This document shows positions 1 to 12,278 of a stretch of 64,000 nt of DNA, one piece after another. How positions within the stretch are numbered: position 1 is the stretch's first letter; the number at the start of each line of letters is the position of its first letter. Location: NCBI GenBank assembly GCA_035551915.1, contig DASZMI010000023.1:753-64752 (forward strand), in the 5' to 3' direction. A program made the position numbers and the translations under genes. The notes beneath the pieces were generated by a model. The model had not been told where the DNA came from. It saw only the letters and a list, made by a program, of their open reading frames with translations, and made no database searches. This stretch comes from Solirubrobacteraceae bacterium. Its GTDB lineage: Bacteria > Actinomycetota > Thermoleophilia > Solirubrobacterales > Solirubrobacteraceae.

Positions 1-1
1 C

Positions 2-1087
2 GACGAGCTGATGGACGGCACCAAGCGCGCGGCTGGGCGGCTCGCTGAGCTGCGGCTCGACACCGATCTCGACATCTCCCATGCGGTCGTCCGCTACCTC
101 GAACTGCTGAAGCTGGCGGCGCTGATCGCGCGCGATGAGGGCTCCCACGGACAGGGGCTCGCCGATGCGCTGCGCGACATCAACGCGCGCATCGAACAGG
201 CCGTCACCGCCGACCAGCGCGAGATCTTCGTCAGCTCGCCGCTCGATGAATACCTGCTCGACGCCGAGCGTGACGTGCGTCACCGGGCGCGGGTGATCGC
301 TGCGCGCGACGAGCCATCGCTCGAGCGCTTCCTGCCGATGCGCGGAGGCGGGGTGCTGCTCTCGGCCAGTGACATCGAGATCTACCGCGCCTGCCCGCTG
401 CGCTACAAGTTCGCACGCGTCTTCCGCATCCCGCAGGAGCCCACGCTGCACCAGCGTTTCGGGATCGCCGTGCATCAGGTGCTCGAGCGCTTCCACGCCC
501 AGGGCTCCGATGCCGCCGAGCCACAGCCGGCGGGCGGTTCGCTGACCGACCTGCTGACGCTGCTGGAGACCAGCTGGCGTCGCGGCGGCTTCGGCGACTC
601 CGACGAGGAGCGGCAGCTGCACCAGAAGGCCGTCTCGTCGCTCACGCGCTACCACGAGCGCGCGCAGTCAGACCAGGCGCGCCCGGTGTGGTTCGAGCGG
701 CAGTTCAGCTTCAAGCTCGGGGCGCACCTCGTGCGCGGGCGCGTGGACCGTGTCGATCGCCTGCCCTCGGGCGAGTACGAGCTGATCGATTACAAGACGG
801 GCAGGCCCAAGTCCGCCGAGCAGCTCGCCGGCGACGTGCAGCTGTCGCTCTACGCGATCGCCGCGCGCGAGGCCTGGGGTCTCGACGCCAACCGCGGCGC
901 CTACTACTACCTGCTGGATGACGAGAAGGTGGCGATTGCCGGTGACAGCGAGCGCTCGGACTGGATCCGTGGCGTGGCGCTCAATGTCGCCGAGGGCATC
1001 AGGGCGCAGGAGTTCGAGCCGACGCCCTCGGCGCGGGCGTGCAAGCTCTGCGACTACCGGCTGGTTTGCCCAGCGGCCGAGCGCTGA
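2..1087 (+). CDS. C-terminal part of a RecB/AddB-like PD-(D/E)XK nuclease, probably a UvrD/AdnAB-type helicase-nuclease; 5' truncated by the window
   Basis: LSASDIEIYRACPLRYKF, GRVDRVD...LIDYKTG, QLSLY and C-terminal CKLCDYRLVC (Fe-S staple Cys pattern); frame is open from position 2. Confidence 0.85.
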   Translation, partial: DELMDGTKRAAGRLAELRLDTDLDISHAVVRYLELLKLAALIARDEGSHGQGLADALRDINARIEQAVTADQREIFVSSPLDEYLLDAERDVRHRARVIAARDEPSLERFLPMRGGGVLLSASDIEIYRACPLRYKFARVFRIPQEPTLHQRFGIAVHQVLERFHAQGSDAAEPQPAGGSLTDLLTLLETSWRRGGFGDSDEERQLHQKAVSSLTRYHERAQSDQARPVWFERQFSFKLGAHLVRGRVDRVDRLPSGEYELIDYKTGRPKSAEQLAGDVQLSLYAIAAREAWGLDANRGAYYYLLDDEKVAIAGDSERSDWIRGVALNVAEGIRAQEFEPTPSARACKLCDYRLVCPAAER

Positions 1088-1088
1088 C

Positions 1089-1481
1089 TCAGCGCTGCTC
1101 CACGACCATGAGCGTGTGACCGGTCGGGTCGCGGAACCAGAACATCGGCGGCACCGGCTCGCCCATGCGCGAGACCTCTGCGTCGACATCGGCGCCGGCG
1201 GCCTGGAGCGCCGCATGGGTGGCGTCGATATCGTCGGTCGTCAGCGTGATGCCGGTCTGCATCGGTTGAACCGGCAGCTGGCTCTCGGGCGGCGGCGCCA
1301 GAGCGATGCCGGTCTGCCCCTCGGGGGGATAGACCTCGACCCAGCGGTAGTTGCCGCCGAACGCCATGTCGGTGCGCTTCTCGAAGCCGATCGACTCGTA
1401 GAAGGCGATCGCCCGGTCCTGCTCGATGGTCGGGACGCAGACCAGGCTGATCCCGCGGATCCCGGTTGCTGTGGTGCTCAT
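1089..1481 (-). CDS. VOC/glyoxalase family protein
   Basis: DRAIAFYESIGF, RWVEV, DDIDATHAAL, FWFRDPTGH; AGGAGG RBS upstream. Confidence 0.9.
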   Translation of the reverse strand: MSTTATGIRGISLVCVPTIEQDRAIAFYESIGFEKRTDMAFGGNYRWVEVYPPEGQTGIALAPPPESQLPVQPMQTGITLTTDDIDATHAALQAAGADVDAEVSRMGEPVPPMFWFRDPTGHTLMVVEQR

Positions 1482-1571
1482 CCTTCAGCCTCCTGTCTGG
1501 TGTTCGACACTGCTGCGACTTCTATGGAGAACAAGCTAATCGCTCGGCGCGGCACCTGCGGGAAAAGTTGG

Positions 1572-2444
1572 TCAGCTGGGCGGTTCTTCGCCGCGCTGGC
1601 GCAGGAAGCGCTGCAGGTCGCGCTCGATCGAGTCGCCCGAGGGCAGGTCGAAGGGGTCGGCCTCATCGTCGCTGGCGGCGGCCTCGAGCTTCTCGACGAA
1701 CGCCTGGATGTCAGGGTCGTGCTGGACCGCGAGGTTGACCTGGCGCTCGTATTCGCTCGCCGCGGACTCGAGCTCGCCGGCGTCGACGACGACGCCCACC
1801 AGCCCCTCGAGCTTGCGGATCAGCGCGAGTGACGCCTTCGGGTTCGGTGAGGCGGCGATGTAGTGCGGGACGGCGGCCCAGAGGCTGGCCGACGGCAGGC
1901 CGGCCGTGCGGCAGGCATCGTGGATCACGCCGACGATGCCGGTCGGACCTTCATATGAGGACTGCGAGAGGCCGAGCCGGGAGACCAGAGCGGGATCGGT
2001 GGCGAAGCCGGTTACCGAGACCGGCCGCGTGTGCGGAACGTCCGCCAGCAGCGCTCCCAGCGTCACGACCATCTGCACGCCGATCGCCTCGGCGAGCTCC
2101 ACGATCAGGCCGGTGAACGTGCGCCAGCGGAACGACGGCTCGTGCCCGGTGAGCAGGATCAGGTCGCGCGGCGCCCGCGGGACGCGCACCTCGTAGAGGT
2201 GCACTTCGGGCCATTCGATCGCGCGTGCCTGTGAATCGGTGAGCTTGATGCGCGGCCTCGTGGCCTGGAAGTCATAGAAGTCCTCGGGGTCGATCGTCGC
2301 GAACTCGCGAGCGCCGAGCGCGTCGCCCACGAAGCTGACCGCGGAGGAGGCTGCGTCACCGGCGTCGTTCCAGCCCTTGAAGCCGCAGATCAGCGCCGGA
2401 GCGCGCAGTCCGTCGGGCCGGTAGTTCCATCGCAGAGGCTGCAT
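1572..2444 (-). CDS. PAC2 family (proteasome assembly chaperone-like) protein
   Basis: GFKGWNDAGDAAS, FYDFQATRP, EPSFRWRTF, LLADVPHTRP, YEGPTGI, WAAVPHY. Confidence 0.9.
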   Translation of the reverse strand: MQPLRWNYRPDGLRAPALICGFKGWNDAGDAASSAVSFVGDALGAREFATIDPEDFYDFQATRPRIKLTDSQARAIEWPEVHLYEVRVPRAPRDLILLTGHEPSFRWRTFTGLIVELAEAIGVQMVVTLGALLADVPHTRPVSVTGFATDPALVSRLGLSQSSYEGPTGIVGVIHDACRTAGLPSASLWAAVPHYIAASPNPKASLALIRKLEGLVGVVVDAGELESAASEYERQVNLAVQHDPDIQAFVEKLEAAASDDEADPFDLPSGDSIERDLQRFLRQRGEEPPS

Positions 2445-2469
2445 CCGAATCACCGTACATCATGGCGGT

Positions 2470-3378
2470 ATGCCGTCAGATGCGACGATCAGCTCCCTGC
2501 GCGCGGGCGACGAGGTCCGCGGCGTCTACGCCTGCGTGCGCAAGGACCGGCTGATGACGCGCACCGGCAGCCCGTACCTGGCGCTCGAACTGCGCGACCG
2601 CACCGGCAGCGTGCAGGGCCGCGCCTTCCGCGACGCCGACGCGCTGGCCGGGCGCTTCGAGCGCGGCGACCTCGTGACGGTCGTCGGTCGCGTCGAGCGG
2701 TTCCGCGACGACCTCGTGATCGAGGTGAGCGACATCCGCCGGGCGCAGCAGGGCGGAGCTTCCGGCGATGAGGTCGCCGTCGAGTCATTCCTGCCGGTCG
2801 CCTATCGCGACCTGGACGAGCTCGAGGGCTTCCTGGAGCACCTGGTCTCAGAGGTCTACGACCCGGGCTACAGGGCGCTGCTCGACTTACTGCTCGCCGA
2901 CGCCGAGCTCCGTGCCGCGTTCAGGCGCACCCCCTGCACACGCAGCGGCCACCACGCCTACCTCGGCGGGCTGCTCGAGCACACCGTGGCGGTGGCCACG
3001 CTCGCCCGCGAGCTCTGCGACCTGCACCGGCGCCTCAACAGCGATCTGCTGCTCACGGCCGCGATCGTCCACGATCTCGGGCGCACGCGCGAGTTCACCT
3101 ATGGCGCCGAGATCGGGCTCACCGAGGAGGGGCGGCTGCTCGGGCACCTGACGCTCGGGCAGCAGCTGATCAGCGAGCTTGGGGCCCCGCTTGGCCCCAA
3201 GCTCGACAGTCCGCGCCGGTTGGCGCTCCTGCACTGCGTGCTCGCCCATCATGGACCCGCGGGGCTGCCCGGCGGCCGCTTCGGCTCACCGGAGGCGTTG
3301 GCGCTCTACCGCCTCAACGCTCTCGATGCCGGCGTCAAGGGTGCGCTGGAGCATGGGCTCGGGCCGGCCCAGGACTGA
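2470..3378 (+). CDS. OB-fold + HD-domain 3'-5' exoribonuclease (YhaM/Cbf1-like)
   Basis: N-terminal YLALELRDRTG; HHAYLGGLLEHT, IVHDLGR, LLGH, LAHHG. Confidence 0.88.
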   Translation: MPSDATISSLRAGDEVRGVYACVRKDRLMTRTGSPYLALELRDRTGSVQGRAFRDADALAGRFERGDLVTVVGRVERFRDDLVIEVSDIRRAQQGGASGDEVAVESFLPVAYRDLDELEGFLEHLVSEVYDPGYRALLDLLLADAELRAAFRRTPCTRSGHHAYLGGLLEHTVAVATLARELCDLHRRLNSDLLLTAAIVHDLGRTREFTYGAEIGLTEEGRLLGHLTLGQQLISELGAPLGPKLDSPRRLALLHCVLAHHGPAGLPGGRFGSPEALALYRLNALDAGVKGALEHGLGPAQD

Positions 3379-4150
3379 GCTGGGTCACGAGCCGGTCCAG
3401 CAGCGGCGTGGCTGCCAGCAGCGTGCCGAGCACGCTCGCCGAGACGAGCAGCGCGGCCATCACGGACATCTGCGGGAGCGTCGTCGCCAGGGTCGCCGAG
3501 AAGGCGACCGTGGCAGCCATCGAGACGATCGTCCCGCGCGCCATCGCGGCGGCGCCCGCCGCGCCGGTCTGCCGGTGCGTGCCGGGCAGCATGATCGAGA
3601 GCAGCACCGGCGCCGAGGAGATGATCCCGGCCGGCCGTGCGCCGAGGATCGGCACCAGCGTCGACATGGTCGCGACCACGCAGGTCGAGATCAGCGCGCG
3701 CTGGACCATCGTCGCCGGGGTCGCCGGCGCGGCCGTGTCGGTGTCGGGATTGCGGTCGTGGGCCCAGGGCCACAGCACGAGACTGGCGGCGATCATCAGC
3801 CAGACCGCGCTGGTCGCCTCCCAGATGCCGCCGACCGCACTCAGCGCGATCACGGCTGTGAGCGCGAGCAGCAACGATGTCAGCGTCGCTCCCAGCGGAC
3901 GCATGCGCCGCGCCGTCCAGGCATAGACGCTGCAGAAGATCACGACCGCCATCTGCCCGTTCGTCACCCCGGCGGCCGCGTGCGCCGCGGTCGTGCGGCT
4001 GCTCGTCATGCAGACCGTCAGCAGGAAGGGGCCGGTGGTCAGCGGCAGGCCGATCAGACGGCCGCCGATCCAATCGCCGAAGCGCGACTGGGCCCGCGAG
4101 ACGAGCGCGAACGCGATCGGCGTGAGTCCGATGCGTAGAAGAATCACCAC
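3335..4150 (-). CDS. Integral membrane protein, possible exporter, divergent from the Lrp gene
   Basis: Multiple hydrophobic segments; GGRLIGLPLTTGP motif repeated as AGIISSAP in the second half. Confidence 0.7.
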   Translation of the reverse strand: MVILLRIGLTPIAFALVSRAQSRFGDWIGGRLIGLPLTTGPFLLTVCMTSSRTTAAHAAAGVTNGQMAVVIFCSVYAWTARRMRPLGATLTSLLLALTAVIALSAVGGIWEATSAVWLMIAASLVLWPWAHDRNPDTDTAAPATPATMVQRALISTCVVATMSTLVPILGARPAGIISSAPVLLSIMLPGTHRQTGAAGAAAMARGTIVSMAATVAFSATLATTLPQMSVMAALLVSASVLGTLLAATPLLDRLVTQLSPGPARAHAPAHP

Positions 4151-4272
4151 GATTCATATGATCGGTAAATAAAGGCCTATTTTTCTGCGAAGTTCTGGCA
4201 TGTCGCCGCGGTTCTGCCGTGCGATCCTCGACGATTGCCTGTCGACGGCGAGATATGTGAGACTTCGGTCAA

Positions 4273-4719
4273 ATGGACGCGATCGATCGGGTGCTGATCC
4301 GTGAGCTGCTGCGCGATGCGCGCATGACCTACCAGGAGCTGGGGCGCACGGCACGGCTGTCCGCCAACACGGTCGCCGACCGCGTCCGCAGACTGCGAGC
4401 TTCGGGCGTGATCAGCGGCTACCACGCGGACCTCGACCTCGCCCTGCTCGGACGCGGGCTGCGGCTGATGAGCGATGTCCGCCTGCGCGAGGCCGTCGAC
4501 CGCGGTCAGTTCGAGCGCGGGCTCGCGGACGTGGAGCAGGTGATCGAGGCGGTGCGGCTGACCGGCGACTACGACTACCTGCTGCAGGTCGCGTGCGCAG
4601 ACCCGGAGGAGTTCGAGCAGGTGATCGATCGCCTCAAGCGTGACCACGGGGTACGCGAGGTCCGCAGCCGGCTCGTTCTGCACGAGGTTCCGATCGATCT
4701 CGAGAAGCTGGTCTTGTAG
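4273..4719 (+). CDS. Lrp/AsnC family transcriptional regulator
   Basis: MDAIDRVLIRELLRDAR...LSANTVADRVRRL; LTGDYDYLL. Confidence 0.95.
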   Translation: MDAIDRVLIRELLRDARMTYQELGRTARLSANTVADRVRRLRASGVISGYHADLDLALLGRGLRLMSDVRLREAVDRGQFERGLADVEQVIEAVRLTGDYDYLLQVACADPEEFEQVIDRLKRDHGVREVRSRLVLHEVPIDLEKLVL

Positions 4720-4755
4720 CGCTGGGTTCGGCGCGTCCGTGACACCGTGAGTGAC

Positions 4756-5253
4756 ATGACAACGATCGACGACCTTCTGGCCAACAACCGCGCGTACGCT
4801 GGACGCGCCGGGACCAATCACCTCGACGTCAGGCCACGCATGCAGCTCGCGGTCGTGACCTGCATGGACTCACGCATCGACACCTTCGCCGCGCTCGGGC
4901 TTGCGGGCGGCCAGGCGCACATTCTGCGCAATGCCGGCGGCGTCATCACCGACGACGTGATCCGCTCGCTGGCGATCTCACAGCGGCGGCTGGGAACCCG
5001 CCAGGTGATGCTGATCCACCACACCGACTGCGGCATGCAGACGCTGACCGACGACAGCTTCCGCGCCGAGCTGCAGGAGGCGACGGGGATGGCTCCGGCG
5101 TTCGCGATCGAGTCCTTCACCGACGCGGAGGCCGACGTGCGCCAATCGATCCTGCGCGTGCGCCGCTCCGAGTTCATCCCCCATCGCGAGGTCGTGCGCG
5201 GCTTCGTCTACGACGTCGACACGCACGCGATGCGCGAGGTCTTCGTCGACTGA
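4756..5253 (+). CDS. Beta-class carbonic anhydrase (short, Rv1284/clade D type)
   Basis: TCMDSRI, RNAGG, HHTDCGM zinc ligands, GFVYDV. Confidence 0.93.
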   Translation: MTTIDDLLANNRAYAGRAGTNHLDVRPRMQLAVVTCMDSRIDTFAALGLAGGQAHILRNAGGVITDDVIRSLAISQRRLGTRQVMLIHHTDCGMQTLTDDSFRAELQEATGMAPAFAIESFTDAEADVRQSILRVRRSEFIPHREVVRGFVYDVDTHAMREVFVD

Positions 5254-5324
5254 CCTACGAGTTAGCGGGAATTGCGTTGCCCATGCATTGCGACTCATAC
5301 ATTCGTCCAGATACGCCAATCGCG

Positions 5325-5353
5325 CTAAAGGTTCTGAGGGCCTCTGCCGATGA
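5325..5353 (+). promoter_or_regulatory. Putative sigma28 (FliA/WhiG)-type promoter
   Basis: CTAAA (5325-5329) - 16 nt - GCCGATGA (5346-5353), ATG at 5359. Confidence 0.5.
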
Positions 5354-5385
5354 CTGGGATGGCAGAGCCTGCCGGCGCTCGCGTC

Positions 5386-6027
5386 TCAGTAGAGGCCCTC
5401 GCCGCGCCGGTATCGCTCTTCCCGCTCGCTGTCGTACTGTTCGGCGTCGAACTCCGGGTTCGACAGCGATCGCAGGATCGCACCCGAGCTGGGTAGCTCA
5501 CCGCGTTCGATGTGCCGTTCGGGGTTCCACAGATCCGAGCGGATCAGCGCCTTGGAGCAATGCGTGTACGCCTCCTCGACGGAGACGAGCAGGCCGAGCT
5601 TCGGAAGCTTGCCCGCGACCGCGCAGACGGCGAGCAGCTCGGCATCGTCGGTGATCACCGCGCGGCCGTTGACGCGGAAGCTGTCGCCGACGCCCGGGAT
5701 CAGGAACAGCAGCGCGATCCGCGGGTCGCTGAGCAGGTTGCGCAGCGTGTCGGCGATCTTGTTGCCCGGCCGCTCGGGGATCAGCAGCGTGCGCTCGTCG
5801 AGCACGCGCACGAATCCGGCCGGGTCTCCACGCGGTGAGACGTCCAGGCCGCCGCCCGGATCGACCGTTGCGACGCAGACGAACGGCGAGCGCTCGATGA
5901 ACTCGCGGGTCAGCTCGTTGAGGCGGTCAGACAGCTTCAGCAGCACGGTCTCGCTCGGCCCCCCGATGATCGCGCGCAGCTCGGCCTCGTCGGTGATCAC
6001 GTGGATGCGGTCGCAGTCAAGCGCCAC
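5386..6027 (-). CDS. Pyridoxamine 5'-phosphate oxidase-like FMN-binding protein (MSMEG_1061 type)
   Basis: DVSPRGDPAGFV, IPERPGNKIADTLRN, RVNGRA, HCSKALIRSDLW; GTG start after GAAAGG. Confidence 0.9.
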   Translation of the reverse strand: MALDCDRIHVITDEAELRAIIGGPSETVLLKLSDRLNELTREFIERSPFVCVATVDPGGGLDVSPRGDPAGFVRVLDERTLLIPERPGNKIADTLRNLLSDPRIALLFLIPGVGDSFRVNGRAVITDDAELLAVCAVAGKLPKLGLLVSVEEAYTHCSKALIRSDLWNPERHIERGELPSSGAILRSLSNPEFDAEQYDSEREERYRRGEGLY

Positions 6028-6088
6028 TGTCGTACCTTTCCCGTGGACGGCAGGAACAGGTCGGGACGATAAACGAAAGGTACCGGCG

Positions 6089-8539
<2,451 letters not shown>

Positions 8540-8613
8540 CTATACCCGGGGTGGCCGGGCCTGGAACCCCGGGTGGGCGGGCTGCGCTTTCCCCGCCCAC
8601 CCGGCCACGGCCG

Positions 8614-9858
8614 CTACCGCCGGCCGCGCGCCCGGACCCAGTCGCTCCTCCAGCTCCCGGGACCCCAGGGCTGGAGATAGGCCCTGTAGGTGTTCACTCC
8701 TGTCGGGAACTCGGCGCTCCAGAGCAACTGGCCGTCTCCGCCGAACTCGGAGACGTAGGGCAGGTTGCCCCAGCCGACGAACGCGCCCCCGCCTGGCAGC
8801 GGCTGTCCGTCGCCTTGGGAGGAGGCCTCGAGGCTCTCGGGCTGGTCGAAGGCCTCGAGCAGCGTCGCGGTGTGGTCGCGCAGGTTCAGCTTGACCTTGA
8901 CCACGCGGCTGACCGGGAACTCGGATGAGACATCGATCCCGAGGTTGAACTCTCCGGCGGCCTCGTTGTCGAAGAACGAGTACACCCCACCCCCGAGCGA
9001 CTCCGGGTCGTGCTGCCAGGCGAAGATCTCGCCCGCGCCGTTCAGTGACTGTCCCGCTGCGGCCTGCAGCTGGAAGCTTGAGTCCTTGCCGCCGAGCCGC
9101 CAGTTGATCTCGCCGCTGTGCGGATCGACGTCGTAGGTGGTCCAGGTGTTGCGGGCGCTTACGAGCAGGTTGCCGGTGGAGTCGAGCTTCACGGCGTTGA
9201 TGTGAAACCAGTCCCACGGCGTGCTGGCTGAGGCCGGCAGCGGCTGCTCGCTCTGGCTGTATGGGACGTGGTCGGCGCTATTCCATTGGAAGAGCACCTT
9301 GCCGGTGCGGATATCGACCTCCTGCACGACGCCGTTGATCACGGTCTGGTCCGCCGGACCGCCGATCGAGCTGAGGTTTGCTGTGGTCTGCTGGTAAGCA
9401 AGGATCAGCGCGGTGTTCCACGGAGTGATGAGGAACTCGTGCCCGTCGGCGCTCAGCCCGTTGCCGGCCTGGACGGTTGCGATCTGCTGGTAGCTGTCGT
9501 TGTAGATGTAGTCCGTGCCGTGTGTGACGCCACCCAGGCCCGTGCCGGCCCAGAACGTCAGCACCGGCTTGCCGTCGTAACGCTGGGCGCGGAAATCCGA
9601 TGAGGACTCGCCTGCCGGCAGCGCGTCGAACCAGATCACCTTGCCGCTGGGGCTGAGGATCTCCGGACCGTTTGCGTACGCCGAGGTGTCGCCGGTGGGG
9701 GTCACGAAGATGTCGTTGCTGCCGAGGCTACCCGGCTGCTGGCTGAGCACCGCGAGCGGCGGCGGGCTCGTCGGGGTGCTCGCCAATGCCGCGGGGGCGC
9801 CCTGGCCGACGGCTGCCGCCAGCGTTGCGAGTACCGCTGTGCCCTGTCTGAGATGCAT
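8614..9858 (-). CDS. Secreted arylsulfotransferase (ASST) family protein
   Basis: Signal-like N-terminus; DGHEF, WDWFHINAV, SARNT, WQHD, SQG, YRAY. Confidence 0.88.
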   Translation of the reverse strand: MHLRQGTAVLATLAAAVGQGAPAALASTPTSPPPLAVLSQQPGSLGSNDIFVTPTGDTSAYANGPEILSPSGKVIWFDALPAGESSSDFRAQRYDGKPVLTFWAGTGLGGVTHGTDYIYNDSYQQIATVQAGNGLSADGHEFLITPWNTALILAYQQTTANLSSIGGPADQTVINGVVQEVDIRTGKVLFQWNSADHVPYSQSEQPLPASASTPWDWFHINAVKLDSTGNLLVSARNTWTTYDVDPHSGEINWRLGGKDSSFQLQAAAGQSLNGAGEIFAWQHDPESLGGGVYSFFDNEAAGEFNLGIDVSSEFPVSRVVKVKLNLRDHTATLLEAFDQPESLEASSQGDGQPLPGGGAFVGWGNLPYVSEFGGDGQLLWSAEFPTGVNTYRAYLQPWGPGSWRSDWVRARGRR

Positions 9859-10025
9859 GCTGCGTCCCTTCGGTCGAAGTGGCCGCTGGGTGACAACGGC
9901 CGTGGTTGCGAGCATACTACACAAATAACATCGACTTACATGAGATTGCCAACCGGGCATGCCGAGTGCGCGGCACCCAATGGGTCTGCGTGCGACCTGA
10001 ATCGGACGCGCCATACTTGGTAACC

Positions 10026-10835
10026 GTGACGTCAGCGCTGTTCAGCGAGTCGCTTGCGCCGATGCGAGCGAACCCGTCCACGTCTGCGGTGCTGCTCGAC
10101 ATCGACGGCACCCTCGCCCCGATCGTCGAGCACGCGGCCGACGCCAGTGTCCCGGAGACCACGCGGCAGCTGATCATCGCGGTCTCGCGCCGCTACGCAC
10201 AGGTCGCCTGTATCAGCGGCCGCCGTGCTTCGGAGGCGCGAGCGATGGTCTCGGTTGGGACGATCGCCTATCTCGGCTCCCATGGAGCCGAGCTCCTGCG
10301 GTCCGGGTGGACCGAGGCGCAGATCGACCCGGCGCTCGCCCAGTGGACACCGCGGCTCGACGAGTTCCGTCGTGAGTCCGACACACCCGAGCTGCGTCGC
10401 CGCCGCGTGCGCATCGAGGACAAGGGGCCGATCATCGCCTACCACTGGCGTGGCGCGGTCGACGAGCAGGACGCGCGCGAGGCGGTCGACGCCGTCGCCT
10501 CGCACGCCCAGGAGTCCGGGCTCGAGGTGCACTGGGGGCGCAAGGTCATGGAGGTCCGTCCGCCGGTGCGGATCGACAAGGGGCTCGGCGTGCGCACGCT
10601 GCTCGGCGACGGGAGCCGCAGCTTCTCGGCCGCGCTCTACGTCGGCGACGACACGACCGACCTGGACGCCTTCCGGGCGCTCCACGATCTGGTCAGGGAG
10701 GGGGTCGTCGAACGCGCCGTGTGCGTGGGCGTGCACTCCGATGACGGACCCCCGGCGATCGAGGAGGAAGCCGACGTGGTCGTTGCCGGGACGGAGGGAG
10801 TGCGGGAGCTGCTGGCCGCCCTGGTGGCCGAGTAG
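10026..10835 (+). CDS. otsB: Trehalose-6-phosphate phosphatase (HAD family)
   Basis: LLDIDGTLAPI, ISGR, GSHGAE, GRKVMEVRP, DKG, YVGDDTTDLDAF. Confidence 0.92.
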   Translation: MTSALFSESLAPMRANPSTSAVLLDIDGTLAPIVEHAADASVPETTRQLIIAVSRRYAQVACISGRRASEARAMVSVGTIAYLGSHGAELLRSGWTEAQIDPALAQWTPRLDEFRRESDTPELRRRRVRIEDKGPIIAYHWRGAVDEQDAREAVDAVASHAQESGLEVHWGRKVMEVRPPVRIDKGLGVRTLLGDGSRSFSAALYVGDDTTDLDAFRALHDLVREGVVERAVCVGVHSDDGPPAIEEEADVVVAGTEGVRELLAALVAE

Positions 10836-10849
10836 CTGCCGCAACCGGC

Positions 10850-11404
10850 ATGCGCTTCACCGACCTCCTGCGGACCACCGTGATGCTCTGCGCCGCTGCC
10901 GCGACCCTGCTCGCCGTCGTCACCGTCGCCGGCGCCAATGAGAACGGCAACGCGCTGCTCGTGCCGATCTCCGCGGGCTGGTGGGTGATCGCGGCGATCA
11001 CCGGTGCCAGCATCGGCCGTCGCAACACGACCTCTCGTGAGATCGCGGTGCTGCTCGCGAGCGCCCGAACGCAGACGATGCTGCCCGAGATCAACCCGGC
11101 TCGCATCGTGCTCAACCGCCTCTGGCCGATCATCGTCTGCACGATCGGGGCGGGTGGCGTCGCCTTCGCCCTGCCACAGGTGCCGGCGATCGCGACCGGC
11201 TTCGCGATCATCTGGGCACTCGCCTGGCGCCGGCAGTCGGCTGCCGTGATCGCGATCGAGGAGCGCGACGGCGCGCGTTTCTTCGTCGAGCACACCTCGC
11301 CGCTGCGACCCATCAGACTCGTGCGCACTCCTGGCTTTCGCTCGAACCTGACCGAGATCACGCAGGCCAAACGCACCACCACGGTGGCCGGGCGCCACGC
11401 CTGA
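10850..11404 (+). CDS. Hypothetical membrane protein
   Basis: GC-rich third positions, about four hydrophobic segments, operonic between otsB and lgt. Confidence 0.7.
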   Translation: MRFTDLLRTTVMLCAAAATLLAVVTVAGANENGNALLVPISAGWWVIAAITGASIGRRNTTSREIAVLLASARTQTMLPEINPARIVLNRLWPIIVCTIGAGGVAFALPQVPAIATGFAIIWALAWRRQSAAVIAIEERDGARFFVEHTSPLRPIRLVRTPGFRSNLTEITQAKRTTTVAGRHA

Positions 11405-11417
11405 GCCCGAGCACCTG

Positions 11418-12278
11418 ATGCCGGCCTTCGCATACATCCCGAGTCCCTCGAGCAGCGGCTTCTCAATCGGCCCGCTGTACTTCCACGCCTACGGCATCTG
11501 TTACGTGTTCGCCGTTGCCGCGGCGATCTACATCGCACGCCGGCGCTGGGCCAGGCGCGGTGGCGATCCCGACATCGTCTACAGCGTCGCCTGGTGGGGA
11601 TTCCCCGCCGGCCTGGTCGGCGGCCGCATCTACTTCGACATCACGACCCCCAGCCAGATGCCGCATCAGTGGTGGGGCCCGTTTGCGATCTGGGATGGTG
11701 GCCTCGGGATCTGGGGGGGGATCGCGCTCGGCGTCGCGGTGGGCATCTGGTACCTGCGCCGGCATCTCAGCTGGCCCGATGTCTACCGCTTCATCAACGC
11801 CGCGACCCCCGGGCTGCTGGTCGCGCAGGCGATCGGACGTGTCGGCAACTACTTCAACCAGGAGCTGTTCGGCAAGCCTTCGACGCTGCCCTGGGCGCTC
11901 AAGGTCTCCGCGGCACACCGGCCTCCGGGCTATGCCCACTACGCGACCTACCAGCCCACGTTCCTCTACGAGATCATCTGGAATCTGCTGCTGGCAGCTG
12001 CCCTGGTGTGGTTCGACAACCGCCGCAAGGTCAGGGCTCCGGGTCTCTTCCCGCTTTACGTCGCGGGCTACTCGGCCTTCCGCATCTTCGAGGAGACGCT
12101 GCGGATCGACTACTCCCAGTACATCCTCGGCATGCGCCTGAACTTCTGGGTGGCGCTGATCGGCACACTCGGCGGTTTGATCTGGTTCGCCCGGATTCAG
12201 TTCAGGCGGATTTCCGGCGACCACGCAGGTCCGACAGATCCGTCCACGCCCGCGTATTCGCGATCTGGGACGGCGTGA
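11418..12278 (+). CDS. lgt: Prolipoprotein diacylglyceryl transferase
   Basis: HAYG, GGRIY, IWDGGLGIWGG, QAIGRVGNYFNQELFG, PTFLYE. Confidence 0.95.
   Translation: MPAFAYIPSPSSSGFSIGPLYFHAYGICYVFAVAAAIYIARRRWARRGGDPDIVYSVAWWGFPAGLVGGRIYFDITTPSQMPHQWWGPFAIWDGGLGIWGGIALGVAVGIWYLRRHLSWPDVYRFINAATPGLLVAQAIGRVGNYFNQELFGKPSTLPWALKVSAAHRPPGYAHYATYQPTFLYEIIWNLLLAAALVWFDNRRKVRAPGLFPLYVAGYSAFRIFEETLRIDYSQYILGMRLNFWVALIGTLGGLIWFARIQFRRISGDHAGPTDPSTPAYSRSGTA

Noticed and set aside
2-1087. Cas4 call
   Set aside because: The Fe-S nuclease domain is the tail of a longer protein, with no CRISPR context
5254-5385. Riboswitch in this intergenic region
   Set aside because: No known aptamer consensus recognised; it lies between convergent genes and is better explained as a promoter relic
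12202-12278. 77-bp overlap of the lgt and polX 3' ends
   Set aside because: Convergent tail overlaps occur repeatedly in this window and are ordinary in GC-rich genomes
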